A stretch of DNA of 64,000 nucleotides from Geosiphon pyriformis uo1 (lineage: Eukaryota; Fungi; Glomeromycota): positions 2,301,538-2,365,537 of the forward strand of contig JAAOMT010000128.1 of assembly GCA_016748015.1 (NCBI GenBank), given 5' to 3'. Of this stretch, positions 1-12,654 are shown piece after piece. Within the stretch, counting starts at the first letter, position 1, and each line of letters starts with the position of its first letter. The translations under genes and the position numbers were made by a program. A model generated the notes under the pieces. The model was not told the origin of the DNA. It saw nothing but the letters and a program-made list of their open reading frames with translations, and made no database searches.

Positions 1-310
1 AAAGAAAAAAATATTAAAAAACTCCCAATATTATAGAAATGAAAATATTGGAAAGAAGAAAGTGTAAAGAGAGAAAGGAGAAAAGAAAAGAATTGAGAAA
101 AACCAAGCAAAAAAAAAAAAGATTTGAATAACGTTGCTAGGAGGCTGACAAGGTTAGCTGACCGTTTTAGGAGTGGGACGTGTTTTATTTGGGTCTACTA
201 TTTGTTTGTTGGATGATATCAAAGTAGTAATATTAGTAGAAGTTCATTTATATGGTTGCAGTCAAAAGTCTTTCTCTTTTAATTTTTCAAATGATTATTA
301 GAATTTGGAT

Positions 311-314
<4 letters not shown>

Positions 315-345
<31 letters not shown>
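315..345. repeat. (AAT)n microsatellite
   Basis: About 10 perfect TAA units. Confidence 0.95.
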
Positions 346-545
346 TAAAGAACACATATAAATTTTACAAAAAAAAATTACATTTCCTTTTTTTCTTGTA
401 TTACCATTAAAATTACAATTTTACACCAACAAAATACTAGTATTATAGTGTTAGTGGTAATTTTTTTTAATTATGTTGTGAATTTATGCAACCAATGTAT
501 CATGTAACGATGACGGGCGGTTTTTGATGATCGAAATTATGTGCA

Positions 546-546
<1 letters not shown>

Positions 547-579
<33 letters not shown>
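547..579. repeat. (AAT)n microsatellite
   Basis: About 11 perfect AAT units. Confidence 0.95.
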
Positions 580-2579
580 TTGAAAATATCAATTGGCAAT
601 TTCCCAAAGTTTCATCGAAACATTACTTGTATTTCAAAATTTGGTTTCACCAAGAATAATTATTTGCATTCCTAATTTTATATAGTCACAGGAAAAATTT
701 AAACCTCAAAAACCTATCAAACTTTCTTTTTCAATGTTAAAAGAACTCAGCCTTTTAATATTGATATATCATTAAGATCGCTTGAAGTAATAATAGTTTT
801 TTAATTGTAACAGAGTTTGAAAGCCTAATATCTAAAAAAAGAAGCCTGTCAAATGTTGTAAACCTTTTGTCCTACAAAAAACCGAACTCTCATCAAACAT
901 TTGTTGATAGTTGACAACATTAAAATCTCCTGTTAGTGGCGGCATCCTTATGAATGAGACCCAGTTCACGCTTTACCTAATTTAAGTTTCCAACTTAAAA
1001 TATTTCCATTGGCCACTGATGATCGATTTCACAATATGGGAACTAATATCTGGAAAAGGAAATATGCCATATGTAATAATTCAATTCACGTATCGACATT
1101 ACGATCAGATTCGAGTGTGGTAATAGTTTTAAAATGGGAATATTTGGAGCACGACTTGGAATCAAAGGGAGTTTGGACAAGGTGGCGGTGGTGGAGGATC
1201 CCTTGAATTCCCTCGTTGATTAACCAATCAACGAACCAAATTTTAATTAATAAACTTTTTTTAGCAGATCAATTCCAAAATTGAAATAACCTACCTACCC
1301 AGTTTCCTTGGAACTTTGAAAAATTTGAAATTTCGCATTACTATAAAGAATTTTTCACAACTAAATTGAATTAATTTTAAATTGATACATAAGCAAAGCT
1401 TTTTGTTTTCGAGATCAATATTTTATGAACAAGCCATCATATACTTCCTAGCGGCCATATGATTTTTCAAAAGAGAGAAACGCAGAATCAGGTTGTCCTC
1501 CAATTCACGACGGCAAATGAAACATGAAGGATAACAAATTATAGAAGAAATACCTATCAAATTTTCAGTACCACCAAATTATTTCATTAGTTTACGGGTG
1601 TGATGATTTCTAACATATTAAACTGTGGGCAATATTAATCTTGACTCTGTAAAATAAAAAGCCCAAAGCAAGTTCCAAATCTGAAAAGTAATTATTGTTT
1701 AGTAAATGGAAATACATGAAACATTAAAATCAAAAAAATACCCTGGAATTCCTTGACCATACCCGATATCGAAAAAAAAACACAGCCAAATCTTTACAAC
1801 TTTAGAATTTCCTAAATGATTATACTTTACCCGCGCCTCAAATTTTTGGTCCAAGCTTAGAAAAATTTTTTATTTATTTGCATTTTATTTAATGCGTGGG
1901 TGGATCTTCAATATCATAATAGAAAAATTCATTTCTATTGTATTTGAAGTTATGAACCATATCAACAAATGCTATTTTTGCTTTGTTTTGTTTATTTATT
2001 AGTATTCTACCATTCTTTACCTGACCGGCAGCCCAAGGAAAGAAGAGTATCATCGCGAATTTCCATATTTTGAACGGGGTAGGAACAGTCATGTTATCAT
2101 TTCTGGAGAAAGGATCTTTGAAAATTAATGCCACATAAATTTGGTGCTCCTCCTTTGATTCGGGAAAACCATTGATTTAATTACAAGGGTCGATGAGATG
2201 ATTGAGTTTCATCATTGATAGATATCGATGATGAGTAAAAAAGGACATGGCGAAAAAATCATCTTTGAATCAATCATTATTAATCTGGGACTTGACTCGT
2301 CTAATTCAGTTTTTGATTTGACAAGACGATAATCTTTCAACTGGCTACAGGTAAGTTCGAGTCACTCATGAAAATCAATACCAAATATGTTCATTCATCA
2401 CGCAACAAAGTACAAAATATAATCACCACAAAGGGTAAAAACTGTTCTTTATTGTCAATTGTCTAAAAACCAATTGTTGTTTGCCTATTGTTCACTTGCA
2501 TAACAGAACAAATTTTTTATTTAACACAAATTTATTGTGTAAAACGAGATTTGCACGTATAATATTCCTTTGACCATCG

Positions 2580-2610
<31 letters not shown>

Positions 2611-2648
2611 TTATAGATAAACATATACATATACATATATATATATAA
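2580..2648. repeat. (TA)n / (TACATA)n microsatellite
   Basis: Perfect TA run followed by degenerate TA/ACATAT units. Confidence 0.9.
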
Positions 2649-3280
2649 ATTAGCAATATATAATCAAACAGAGACAAGATTAAGTGTTAATTAAAAAAGC
2701 TTTATGGAAGGAAAAACTTTAGAAAGGAAAAGATCCAAGGAGAAGTTGATGATGACGAAAAGTGGCAATGCAATGTTGCTCTTTCTTTTTAACCGATTGT
2801 AAATAAGAAAGCAAGAAGCAAATAAGATGTCCATTGATGATTCTAAATTCTTAATTTACATGTATATATATATTTTTTTTTTGAAGTTAAACATTTTTAA
2901 TGTTAATATTTTAACACGCATATATTCGGATCATTTTATTATCATTATAGAATTTTCCCTAAACTCTCGGTTAAATGAGTGCAATGATTACCCGTTTCAA
3001 ATTTCAATGAAGAAATTTTACATTCGGTATTGGTAAGGATCCGATGTATGGAATAATGTTTATTTTTAGATTATATTAAGCATTTGAGTAACGATCAAAA
3101 TAATTTTGCTTTGTAAATTTTATTTGATCATAATTTTATTAATAATAGTAAAAAATGAGGTATATCAAATGTTCGTTGACTAAACTTCCAACAATTAGTG
3201 GAAGTAGATTATTTCTAATTGGTAAGTTTTTGAAAATCTCTTATGAAACTTTCAAAATCAAATCCACAAAATCAAATCCA

Positions 3281-3320
3281 CAAACCCAAACCCAAACCCA
3301 AACCCAAATCCCCCAAACCC
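3281..3320. repeat. (CAAACC)n hexamer microsatellite
   Basis: caaacccaaacccaaacccaaacccaaatcccccaaaccc. Confidence 0.85.
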
Positions 3321-6179
3321 GAACCATTTTAAAAGGCAAAAACTTAAGGTTTGTCACCTGTGATTAAAGATCACGATTTACTGGTATTTAGGGTCAACTA
3401 TTTTTTCTAGGGAAAGACAACTTAAACATCTTTTTTTGAACTTTTAATACCTAATCTACCTTGATGACAATTTGACAAAAAGGGTTAAAAAAATAGATGT
3501 TTCTTTTGAAATACGATAGACTATAAAAAGTATAGATTATTTTGGTATCTGAATCAAAAAAGTTACTTCGAAAAAAATCTTTGAATGTTCCATGAAAATA
3601 AAGGATGATAAAAAAAAAAATAACAGCGTCAAGAACAATAGCAGCAATAGAGAAAGTTTTAAAATTTCACGTTTTTACAGTCCCCAAAATCTTTCAACGA
3701 CTTTAAAATTTGATCAATATTATAGGTAAGGAAAAATTTTCTTTCGGGGCTTGAGAAAACCAACTGCAGGAATATACAATCCCTAAACCCCCACGCAAAA
3801 ATCAAGTTTCCAAACAAGTTTTGTTGGTTTTTTGTCATACAGAGAGAGTTAGATTTACCCTTTTGATGATGATCATTAAAGTTGTGGTAGTGTACAACAA
3901 CGAAGTTTTTTTTCTTTTTGTGTCAGAGTCTGGGAACTTTCAACGGTATGCTCTTCAAAAAAAAATTCTCTTATTGTTTCTAACAATCTCTCGTTTCTCT
4001 CTCTTTATAGCTTATCCTGACCACAGAATCCAGCTTAGTACACAATAATTCAATTGGTTCTTTTAAATAGAGTTTCCCCAAGCTTAATTTAAGCATTAAA
4101 GGTGTTTGTGCAAGTTGAGTTCCTGAAAATGAATTTTGAACATCAATTTGAAAAAATTAATTAACAATATCTCTCCCCATATTTTTATAATTATCAACAT
4201 CACTTTCTTGAAATTTGGTCCAAAAAATCGAGATTCACATCAAGTGATTCATTCCCAATCATTGTTTCATGATGCTACCAATCAAATAAAATAATCATCA
4301 TTGTCAAGGAGATCCTTTAAAACACGGCATCGTGAACTCAATTAATTCATTACAAATGCTTTTCAACTTGTCTTCCAAAAATACCCAAATTCTCGATAAA
4401 CTTATCATGATCAACCTATTTACATTAAACACCTTCCAAGAACTTTATATTTAACAAAGGAAATCATCATCAAGAGAGTCAATCAGGGTTATTTCTGCCG
4501 CTGCTGCTGCTGCTCTCTTTCTCAAATATCAAAAACTCGAGCATTGACCAACAACATGAAAAAATTAATATTAAATATTTAAAACCGCTGCGGAGATCAC
4601 GGATAATAATGCTATCAGATTATTCGATTGATTATTGTGAAAAAATGAAACTTTCCTTTTTTCCCTGGAAATTTTTTAGATTCTCAGTGAATTTCAGGGA
4701 ATTATCAGAATCCAACATTATCAATGAATGGCTAAACAATATCATCCAAATCTCAAACTTCTCTCGGAAAAATAAAAAAGCAAAACTCCCGATTCTGACG
4801 AAATAATTGAATAATAATAATTCCAAGTTCGAGATTTTTAAAACCAAGAATTTGAGGTACACAATTGTAGTTTGTGTACTCTGTGCTTTGTTGGAATTCA
4901 CATTCTACAACAGACTTCTGAATTAAATTTCGTTTCTTGCTACTGCCCGTTTTGTGGAACTCATACATCATTCCCAAAGATCTCGTCACGCGTATTAGAT
5001 CATCAAAGCCTTTGGTCTTCAAATGTAAGTAACAGCCAAGGTTGGTCATGCATAACTCCATGCAGACATACAAGTTTGCTTGCATTATTCTACTTACATA
5101 GTAGAAGAGAATTTCGATTTGAAGCAGATATGAAACATGAGATTGTCAAAATGATCTATTTACTCTTTTCTTAATTTTTAGAGGCTTTTCAAAAAAAAAA
5201 AAAGATCATGATTGGTCACTGCAGCAATACTCATCATCTTTTATCATCCCACAATACTTTTTCAAACGGGAAAAGGAGAAACAGGCGAATTTGGGCTTTA
5301 AATCCATTCATACAAAGAAATCATCTCGAAACTTTTATTGGTAATCAAGTGAACTGAAACTTTAAACTTATTTCGTCACGTCTGCCCATGCTCAATGAGT
5401 ATCAGCCCGGATTTGACTAAATGTTCTCATTCACAAACCTTTTAAACCTCAAAATTTGGAAATCAAGAGAAAAGATTTTTCAACGTATTTTTTAGTTTAG
5501 TTCTGCTGCTATCAGGGCCTGAGTCATCTCAAAAAAGGAATTTCAAGGCCAGCTGGTGGCTGTAAATCTAAATAAAAAAAGAATGCATTGATTTTTAAAT
5601 GAAAATACTTTTTTTAGTTCAAATATCCTTTTTTCGCATTGAAGATAGGAGTATTCAAACTATTAATTCCTTTATTCTTGCCTGAAAATGAAGTTTTTTC
5701 TTGGCTAATACTAAGTAGTTCGATAGGGCTAAGATGTATATCGTAATCTCTATGATATAAATTGAATGGAATTGACCGCTTTTAAATTGTTCTCGAAATA
5801 GTATTTGAGAATTCTGAGTATACCAAATGGTAATTATTGAGAGTTAAAAGAAATGATGTTCGATATTTGGATTTGTTGTTCGAACTTTAACAATTGAAAG
5901 TATATAGAAGAGATTATAATGTCAATTTTTACGGATCCATGACTCCGAAAAAATACGAATCTCGTCAAATAAAAACCTAAAAATATATCTGGATTTGTTA
6001 AACAGTTAAAAGTTATAGAGTTTTGATGGCATCTTGGCTAAAAATTGGTATTTACACATCAGAAAGCTCTTTCCTAAAAATCTTTAGTTAGGATGATTAC
6101 TCAGTTTCTTACGTAAGAGCATTTTCCTTGAAAGTTTGATTTTAATGCTCGCAAGTTTTTTTTAATAATTAATAATATT

Positions 6180-7150
6180 AAATTACTTTTTAAAATTTTA
6201 TCCTATCTTTAACCAAGCCCAATTGGGATAAATTTTTTTTGACTTTCTATCTTAACAGATTTTTATTAAGTATCAATAGCTAATTATTGATAGCGACAAC
6301 CGATGGCTTTTTAAAAAAAGTTTGTTTCTTAGTTGTTATTCTTAAATTGTGACAAAAATTTTATATAATATATAATAATCATTTAAAAAAATTGTAATAT
6401 ATCTTTACATTTATATAATATTTGTGTAAATAAAAAACTAAATATTTGTGTAAAAATTTGATATATTTATTTGTAAAGATTTATTATAAAAATTCTATTT
6501 ATTTAACTTATGACAATGATTATTATTAAATAAATCATAACTTTAATTATATTAATTTTTTTTATAAAAATATATAATTATGAATTAAAATGTTAAAATT
6601 ATTTAATATGAAAAGTTATTATTTCTTAATTTTATAAATTTATTTTTTTATTTCTGTTAATATAATTAAGAAAACAACAACTATAATTGTTTTTTAGTGA
6701 TAAAAACAGCTAAAGATATTTTTCTTAAATAATACCAATTTTTTTAAAATAATTTTGTGTTAGAATTTTTTTTTGACAATTTATAAATTATTACTATTAT
6801 TATATTTTAAATAACCAAAAAAAATTAAACCAATTATTATTATTATTATTATTAGCTATAATAAAAAAAACCATTTTAATTCAAAAACAAAACAAGTTAT
6901 GTTTTAACACATATTTTTATTTAATTAACAAATATTACTTATTTTAAAAAATTGAAATAATTTTGAATAAAATTTGTAATTTTTAAAATTTTTAAAAATT
7001 AAAAAAATTATTGTTTTAATAAATATTTTTAAGATTAAATTGGTTAACTTTTTTTGTTTATATAATTTATAAAATTAATATTATAATTAATTAAATTTAT
7101 AATTAAATTTGCAACATAAAATTAATCATTCTTTTTTTTCTATTTTTATA
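6180..7150. other. Extremely AT-rich relic, probably decayed TE (LINE ORF2-like traces)
   Basis: Abrupt loss of G/C after about 6300. Only a faint IKTAK (IETARK-like) trace near 6700. Confidence 0.3.
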
Positions 7151-7169
7151 ATTATAATTAAAGCAAAAA

Positions 7170-8620
7170 ACATTTTTTTTTATTGATTTTCTGGTCACAA
7201 TAAGAGCTAAAATATATTATAAAAATATTTTTTTTTATTCTCTTTTCTTTTTAGTTTTGCAATTATTATTTTTAACACACTTTTATTTATAACTATAAAA
7301 CTAACAAACTTTTCTACTAGTGAGTCAAGTTCTAGTTTTGCTAAATTAAGAACCTATTCTAACACAAAAAAAAAGTGAGTAAAAAATATTTATTTTTATA
7401 ATACTTTTTACAAAAATCTGAAGAAATCTGTTATAAAAGCTAGCTTAATCAAGTTATTTGCTAGTTTTCTTTGTTTTGTTAATTTGAAAATAAATAATAT
7501 TAAGTCTATTAAATTCTAAGACAATAAAGTTGCAAACAAAATAAGCAGTATTAGTGGAATTTCAGATGTAAAAAACATGAAAAATACAATTACAGAAAAA
7601 ATTAACTTTGTAAATTCAAATGCTTTAAAGATAAAAAATAAAATAGATAATGTCACACTTAAAAAAACATGTACCAAAACATATGTTCTGGATAGCTAAC
7701 TAAAAAAAATTTCTTTTAATAATATAAGTAATAATAACAAAAATAGTTTGACATTTCTGAATCTTAAGTTTTCTGGTTTTAAATATTTGTCACTAATCAA
7801 ATTACAGGCTTTGAAAAAACAAAGTTTTAATTCAATAAAATTTTTTGTTTTAAATATTAAATTGTCTGTTGTATCTGAAAAAACTTTTTATAATAAATTA
7901 ATGGTCATAAAAAAAAAATTTTATTGTGTTAATAGTTTTAGAAAAATCTTAATTTTGTTAAAATTTCTTAAAATTATTAAATTTACTTTTATATTAAAAT
8001 TAAGTTTAAAAAAAGCTAAAAATATAACAATCCATGAGAAAATTTTTGTTAATAATAATATTAGAAAATAAAAAATTATACAAATTGAAAATAATTATTA
8101 AAAAAATTCCAGTTAATTTTTTTAAATCAACTATAAAATCAGTTTTTTTTAAGTTTAATAAGATTGTATCTATCAAGATATAGCTTATTAGTCTTTGGCA
8201 AAAAACTTTAATAGAATTTGAATTTGTTAATATTGTTAATTTGGTTTTGGCTAAGTAATTAGTTCTTATAAAAAATAATTTTATATATGTAATTAAGACT
8301 ATTAATGATAAAAAAACATAAATGTTTAAGAATTAGTATTAAGCTTTACTATATATCTTATTGATTAATATTACTGTTTATAATTATTCTGATTTGTTAA
8401 TATTATATGATAAAAATACTTGTATTATTGATTGTAATTTAAGTATATATGAATATAACAGATATATTATTATTTGTTTTGTTAATAAAGTATTAAAAAA
8501 GACTGTAATTAGTTCTATTTTAGTTTTTAAGAATAGAAATTTGCATTAAACTAATTTGTTTTTGGCTGTTTGTGGTTAGTGTAAACAGTTTGGTTATGTT
8601 TCTGTTATATATATATTTAA
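7170..8620 (+). mobile_element. Hypermutated 5' fragment (5'UTR + ORF1) of LINE, same subfamily as 54488-61375
   Basis: ORF 7748-8071 SFNSIKFFVLNIKLSVVSEKT...EKIFVNNNIRK aligns to SFEPVKLYALDIELSSVSGKT...EKILVNNNVKK of ORF 60082-60804. The 5'UTR motif ctggtcacaataagagc matches ctggccataatgagagc at about 61330-61346 (minus). Confidence 0.85.
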
Positions 8621-8624
8621 TAAA

Positions 8625-9455
8625 AAATTAATCACTTTTTAAAATTATATTTAACTATAACTTAATACTCAATAGCTGTTAATGATAGTAATTTTTGAAA
8701 ATTTTAAAATCTAAAAGTTTTGGTTGAGTTTTTTGTATAATAAACAAAGATTTAATTGATGATTTTCTTTCATAAATTTTTTTTTTAGCATAATGGCTGG
8801 TTTATTTTGACAGTCATATTTTTTTGATAAGCTATCTTTAAGTTTTTATTTTTGTTTCATAGATTTTTTACCAGACTATTTTTAACATCAATTATTTAAT
8901 ACTTAATTACTTAATCAATTAATAAACAACAAACAAAACAAACAAAAAAAATAAAAAAATAAAATAAAAAATTAGTATTCTGTTAATAGTTATAATTAAG
9001 AGTTATTAGTTTAGTATAGTTAAGTATTAGATTTTATTAACTTAGATTATTAATAATATGAAATTGATTAATATTTCTTAATCAAGTAATGAGAACATGG
9101 ATTTAAATAATAATAAATATTTTTATTGATATAAGTATAATTTTATTTTAAGTTATAGAAAACTATCTTTTAAAAAAAGAGGTATTAGATAATTACTTGT
9201 TTTTAATTCTGTTTTTATTAACTGTTCTAAATACTTTTTCTGCTTTTAATACTTTTGCTATATATATATAATTCATATTATATGAGATTCCTTAAAATTT
9301 TTCAATTTTGCAATTTTTTAAGAAGAATTTTAAAATTTTAAAATTCTAAAATTTTGCAATTTTTTGAAAGAAATTCTGAATTTTTTTTTTATTAATCTTT
9401 TTTTTCATTGGCTATTTTTTATCTATTATGATTTTTATTTTTATGAATAATAACA
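8625..9455 (-). mobile_element. Degenerate solo LTR related to the Gypsy LTRs at 42384-43268 and 51592-52428
   Basis: Shared blocks ttggttgagttttttgtataataaacaaagatttaattgat, agcataatggctgg and ttagtattctgttaatagttataattaagag; ends in ataaca (decayed GTAACA). Confidence 0.7.
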
Positions 9456-9459
9456 CATA

Positions 9460-10500
9460 TTAAATCCTTATTTATTTAATTTGTTTTCTTATTATAAATT
9501 TTTTTTGATTAATTTTATCATCCTACAATTCTGTTTTTTTTTGCTATTTATTAGCTTATTACTCCAATCCATAATATTATTATTAAATCTAAAAAACATA
9601 TTAATAATATTCAAAAAAATTTACATAACAGTTTTGTTATTATTAATTTAAATAGTATTATTAACAAAAATACCAATAATTAAATATGATATAAAATCAG
9701 TTTAATTCTTAATTTTATCTGTTTTAATTATAAACTTAATATTTACTTAATATTTATATAAATATTTATGTTTTTTAACTTTATATAATAAAAAATTATA
9801 AAAAATTTTTTACAACAAAAATAAAAAAAATTTATTTTAATTTAAATTATTATGTATTTTGTAATTAGTTATAAACCAAAATTAGTTATTATATAATTAA
9901 TTTTATTGTTATAAATATTATTAAAAAATTCAATAAACTTATTATATATATTAATTTGTTTTTTAAATAAGATTAACTAATTAAATTATAAGCTTTATAT
10001 ATGTTTTACAATATTAATTACAGTTTATAATTTTTTTTAAACAAATTTTCACAATTAAGTTAATTATAAAAATATAAAAAATATAAAAATATTTTTTAAT
10101 ATTAAAAAATTGTTTCTATAAAAAACATTAAACTTGTTGTAAATAGCAAAAATACAGTTTAATAAAATTTTAAATAAAATTTTTTTTGCTGTTTTAATTA
10201 AAACAATAGATTAAATATTAATTAAAATATTTTTCTATTTATATAACTTAAAAATTATTAATACTTAAAACTTTTTTTTATTATGTAAAAATAGATTTTA
10301 ATACTAAATAAATATTAAACAAATTTAAAAACAAACCAATAATATATTTATTATAATGTTTTTATAATTTATTTAAAATATTAGATAAACTAAATACTTT
10401 ATTATTTAAAAAAGCTTTAATTATAACTAATAATATTTTTATTTATTTATTTAATAAGTATAAGCCAATTATTATATTGTACAAAAAATCAAATTAAGAG
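9460..10500 (-). mobile_element. Hypermutated LINE reverse transcriptase fragment
   Basis: Minus-strand traces in correct order: LIKTAKK (about 10190; LIETARK), NIYKAYN (about 10000; DMRKAYD), GIFVNNTI (about 9670; GAFVDDTI). Confidence 0.65.
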
Positions 10501-10544
10501 ATTTTAATTAAATATAACTTATATACTTTCTATATATAATCAAC

Positions 10545-11630
10545 AAAAAAACTTTTTTTTTTCCTTCTTCTCAAATTTCTCAAAGAGTGTTTTTTCAAAA
10601 AAGAAGTTTTTTTGTTTTTATCTTTTTCTGTTAATTTTTTATAATATTTCTCAAACAAATAATTCTTTTGTGATGGATTTGGTGGCTGCTTCAAATAACA
10701 GTATGTTAAAAAAGAAAGTACCTAAGAATATTTTACAAAGATCTGTTAAAAATTTTTTTTTCCAAAAAAAAGGTTTTGGTTGACAATATCAAACATTCTG
10801 ATAATAAAAAAGATATATCTTTAATCAAACTTATTGCTGGCAGTGACATATACTCAGATAATAATAGCATATCTAATGATAGTGAAGATAATAATATGGT
10901 TTTGGGTGTCAATAGTGGATTTTTTTTTGGTTAATAACAAACACCTTTAAAGCAAAAAGGATTAATATTAATCTAATTTGTAAATCTTTCCTTAGCTCTA
11001 TTAATTATAGCATAAATGATGATGATAAATTCTTCTCTCTTCTTCTTAGAAAAATTTCTCTAAACAGAAAGTAAATCAATCCAAAAATTATTAAGACTCA
11101 GATTGAAGTATTCATTAACAAGTCTTTTGCTCTTGATATCAATCTTGATGTGGTAAAAAAAAAATCTGTTATGGCAAAGATTTAAGTTATTAGAAAATTA
11201 TTCTCTTCAGTTAATAGTTTTGGAAGGACTACTATCTCTTCAAAATTTGAGGTGATTATCAGATTGACATTTATTTGTAAAATAAACATGGGAAAGACTG
11301 TATTATTGGTCAAGAAAAATAAGATCATTGTAAACAGTAATCTCATAAGACAAGAAATCTGTTTAGATTAGGCAGTAGTAATAAAAGAAATTTTTATAGA
11401 CACACCTAAGAAAATAATTGTCATTACAATAGTCAAGTTTGGTAAAATTAAGTTTATTAAAATTCAACTTATTAGTATATGGCAAAAAGCCTTAATGGAA
11501 TTTTTTGAATCAAATTAAGCTAAACAGTTGGCTTCAAGATGGCCATTCTTAATTAGAAAAAACTCAGTTTGTATGGCCATGGCTGTAAAAAATTACTGTA
11601 TTTGAATGTCTAAGAATTGGTTTAAAGCAT
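10545..11630 (+). mobile_element. LINE 5' fragment (5'UTR + disrupted ORF1, ATG 10673), same subfamily as 21642-28490
   Basis: Reads MDLVAASNNSMLKKKVPK vs MDLKTASSGDMSKKKAPK. Contains the IQLISIWQKALMEF RRM motif. Truncated at 11630 by an LTR. Confidence 0.85.
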
Positions 11631-12413
11631 TATTACAAATAATTATTTGAATAGATGAAATAAATAACAAACTCATAATTTGAGCTTAATTAATATAATA
11701 ATGTTGGTATCTGAAGGTTTTTATAATCTAAAAGTTTTGGTTTGAGTCTTTTGTATAATAGACAGAGATTCAAGTATTGTTTTATTCATAACTTTTCAAA
11801 TTCAACTTCAAGAAGTGAATTGAATAAGTATGAATTTAATGTACAAGATCAGTTTTATAAAATATTTTAGTCATTATTTTTTTCAAAAAATAATTGGGGA
11901 ATTTAAAAATTAAGAAATAGTTTGTACTGTCAACAAATAATAATATATTGGTATAATTCTATGTCTTATGTTGGCACTCTTAGAATTCAATATCAGATAT
12001 TAGATATATTTTTTAGTCATATTTTATTTAATAATCTTCAAATATTACAATTATATGAGTCAGAAAAAAGAATAAGTAAATACCAACAAATAATTTTTTA
12101 TTTTAAGATATTCAAATACTTAAAGATAAAGAAAAGAAAATTAGCAAGAAGAGAAGAATTGATATGAAGTTGTTATTTTATTTTTTTGCTTTATTTGATT
12201 TTTACATGCTTTTCTATAATTAAAAGATTTATTGCTTATATAGCTATTGAAAGTAGTTAATGGCTAGGTTAATAACTAAGTTAATGATTAGGTCAATAGT
12301 CAGGTCATTGATCAAGTCAATAATTACTATCTAAAAATACAGTGGCTAATTATATGACATCAATGACTAATACATATGATAACTAATAAAAAGTATGAGT
12401 TTCAACTGTAACA
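11631..12413 (-). mobile_element. Solo LTR (Gypsy-type)
   Basis: Starts tattacaaataattatttg (TGTTACAAGTGATTATTTG at 51592) and ends TGTAACA at 12413. First about 140 bp align to the Gypsy B LTR. Confidence 0.75.
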
Positions 12414-12560
12414 ATATTATAATGCATATACAGTCTTAATTGGTTTAAGTAGTTAGTCACATATAATAAGTATATAAGTTATATTTAATCGAAAATACTT
12501 AATTTGTTTTTGTATATTAAATAGTAATTAGACCATATTCATTAATCTATTTAATAACAA
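12414..12560 (+). mobile_element. Decayed LINE 3'UTR remnant
   Basis: gtcttaattggtttaagtagttagtcacat resembles the LINE 3'UTR gtcttgattggtctgagtggctggtcatgt (minus strand near 29545-29572). Confidence 0.5.
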
Positions 12561-12654
12561 TTTTAAAATTTATTAGTTTATAATATAATATAATAAAATA
12601 AACTTTAGTTTTTTTTAAATCATTAATTTAAGTTATACTATTATTATATTACGA

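Noticed and set aside
3281-3320. (CCCAAA)n as an interstitial telomere
   Set aside because: Few units and not TTAGGG; ordinary microsatellite
1009-4901. Short ORFs in the first 5 kb
   Set aside because: Low complexity, no motifs or splice-consistent structure; best read as intergenic/regulatory DNA
4753-5085. Minus ORF with LYVCMELCMTNLGCYL, reminiscent of kinase subdomain V
   Set aside because: No HRD, DFG or VAIK motifs and no consistent exon chain nearby
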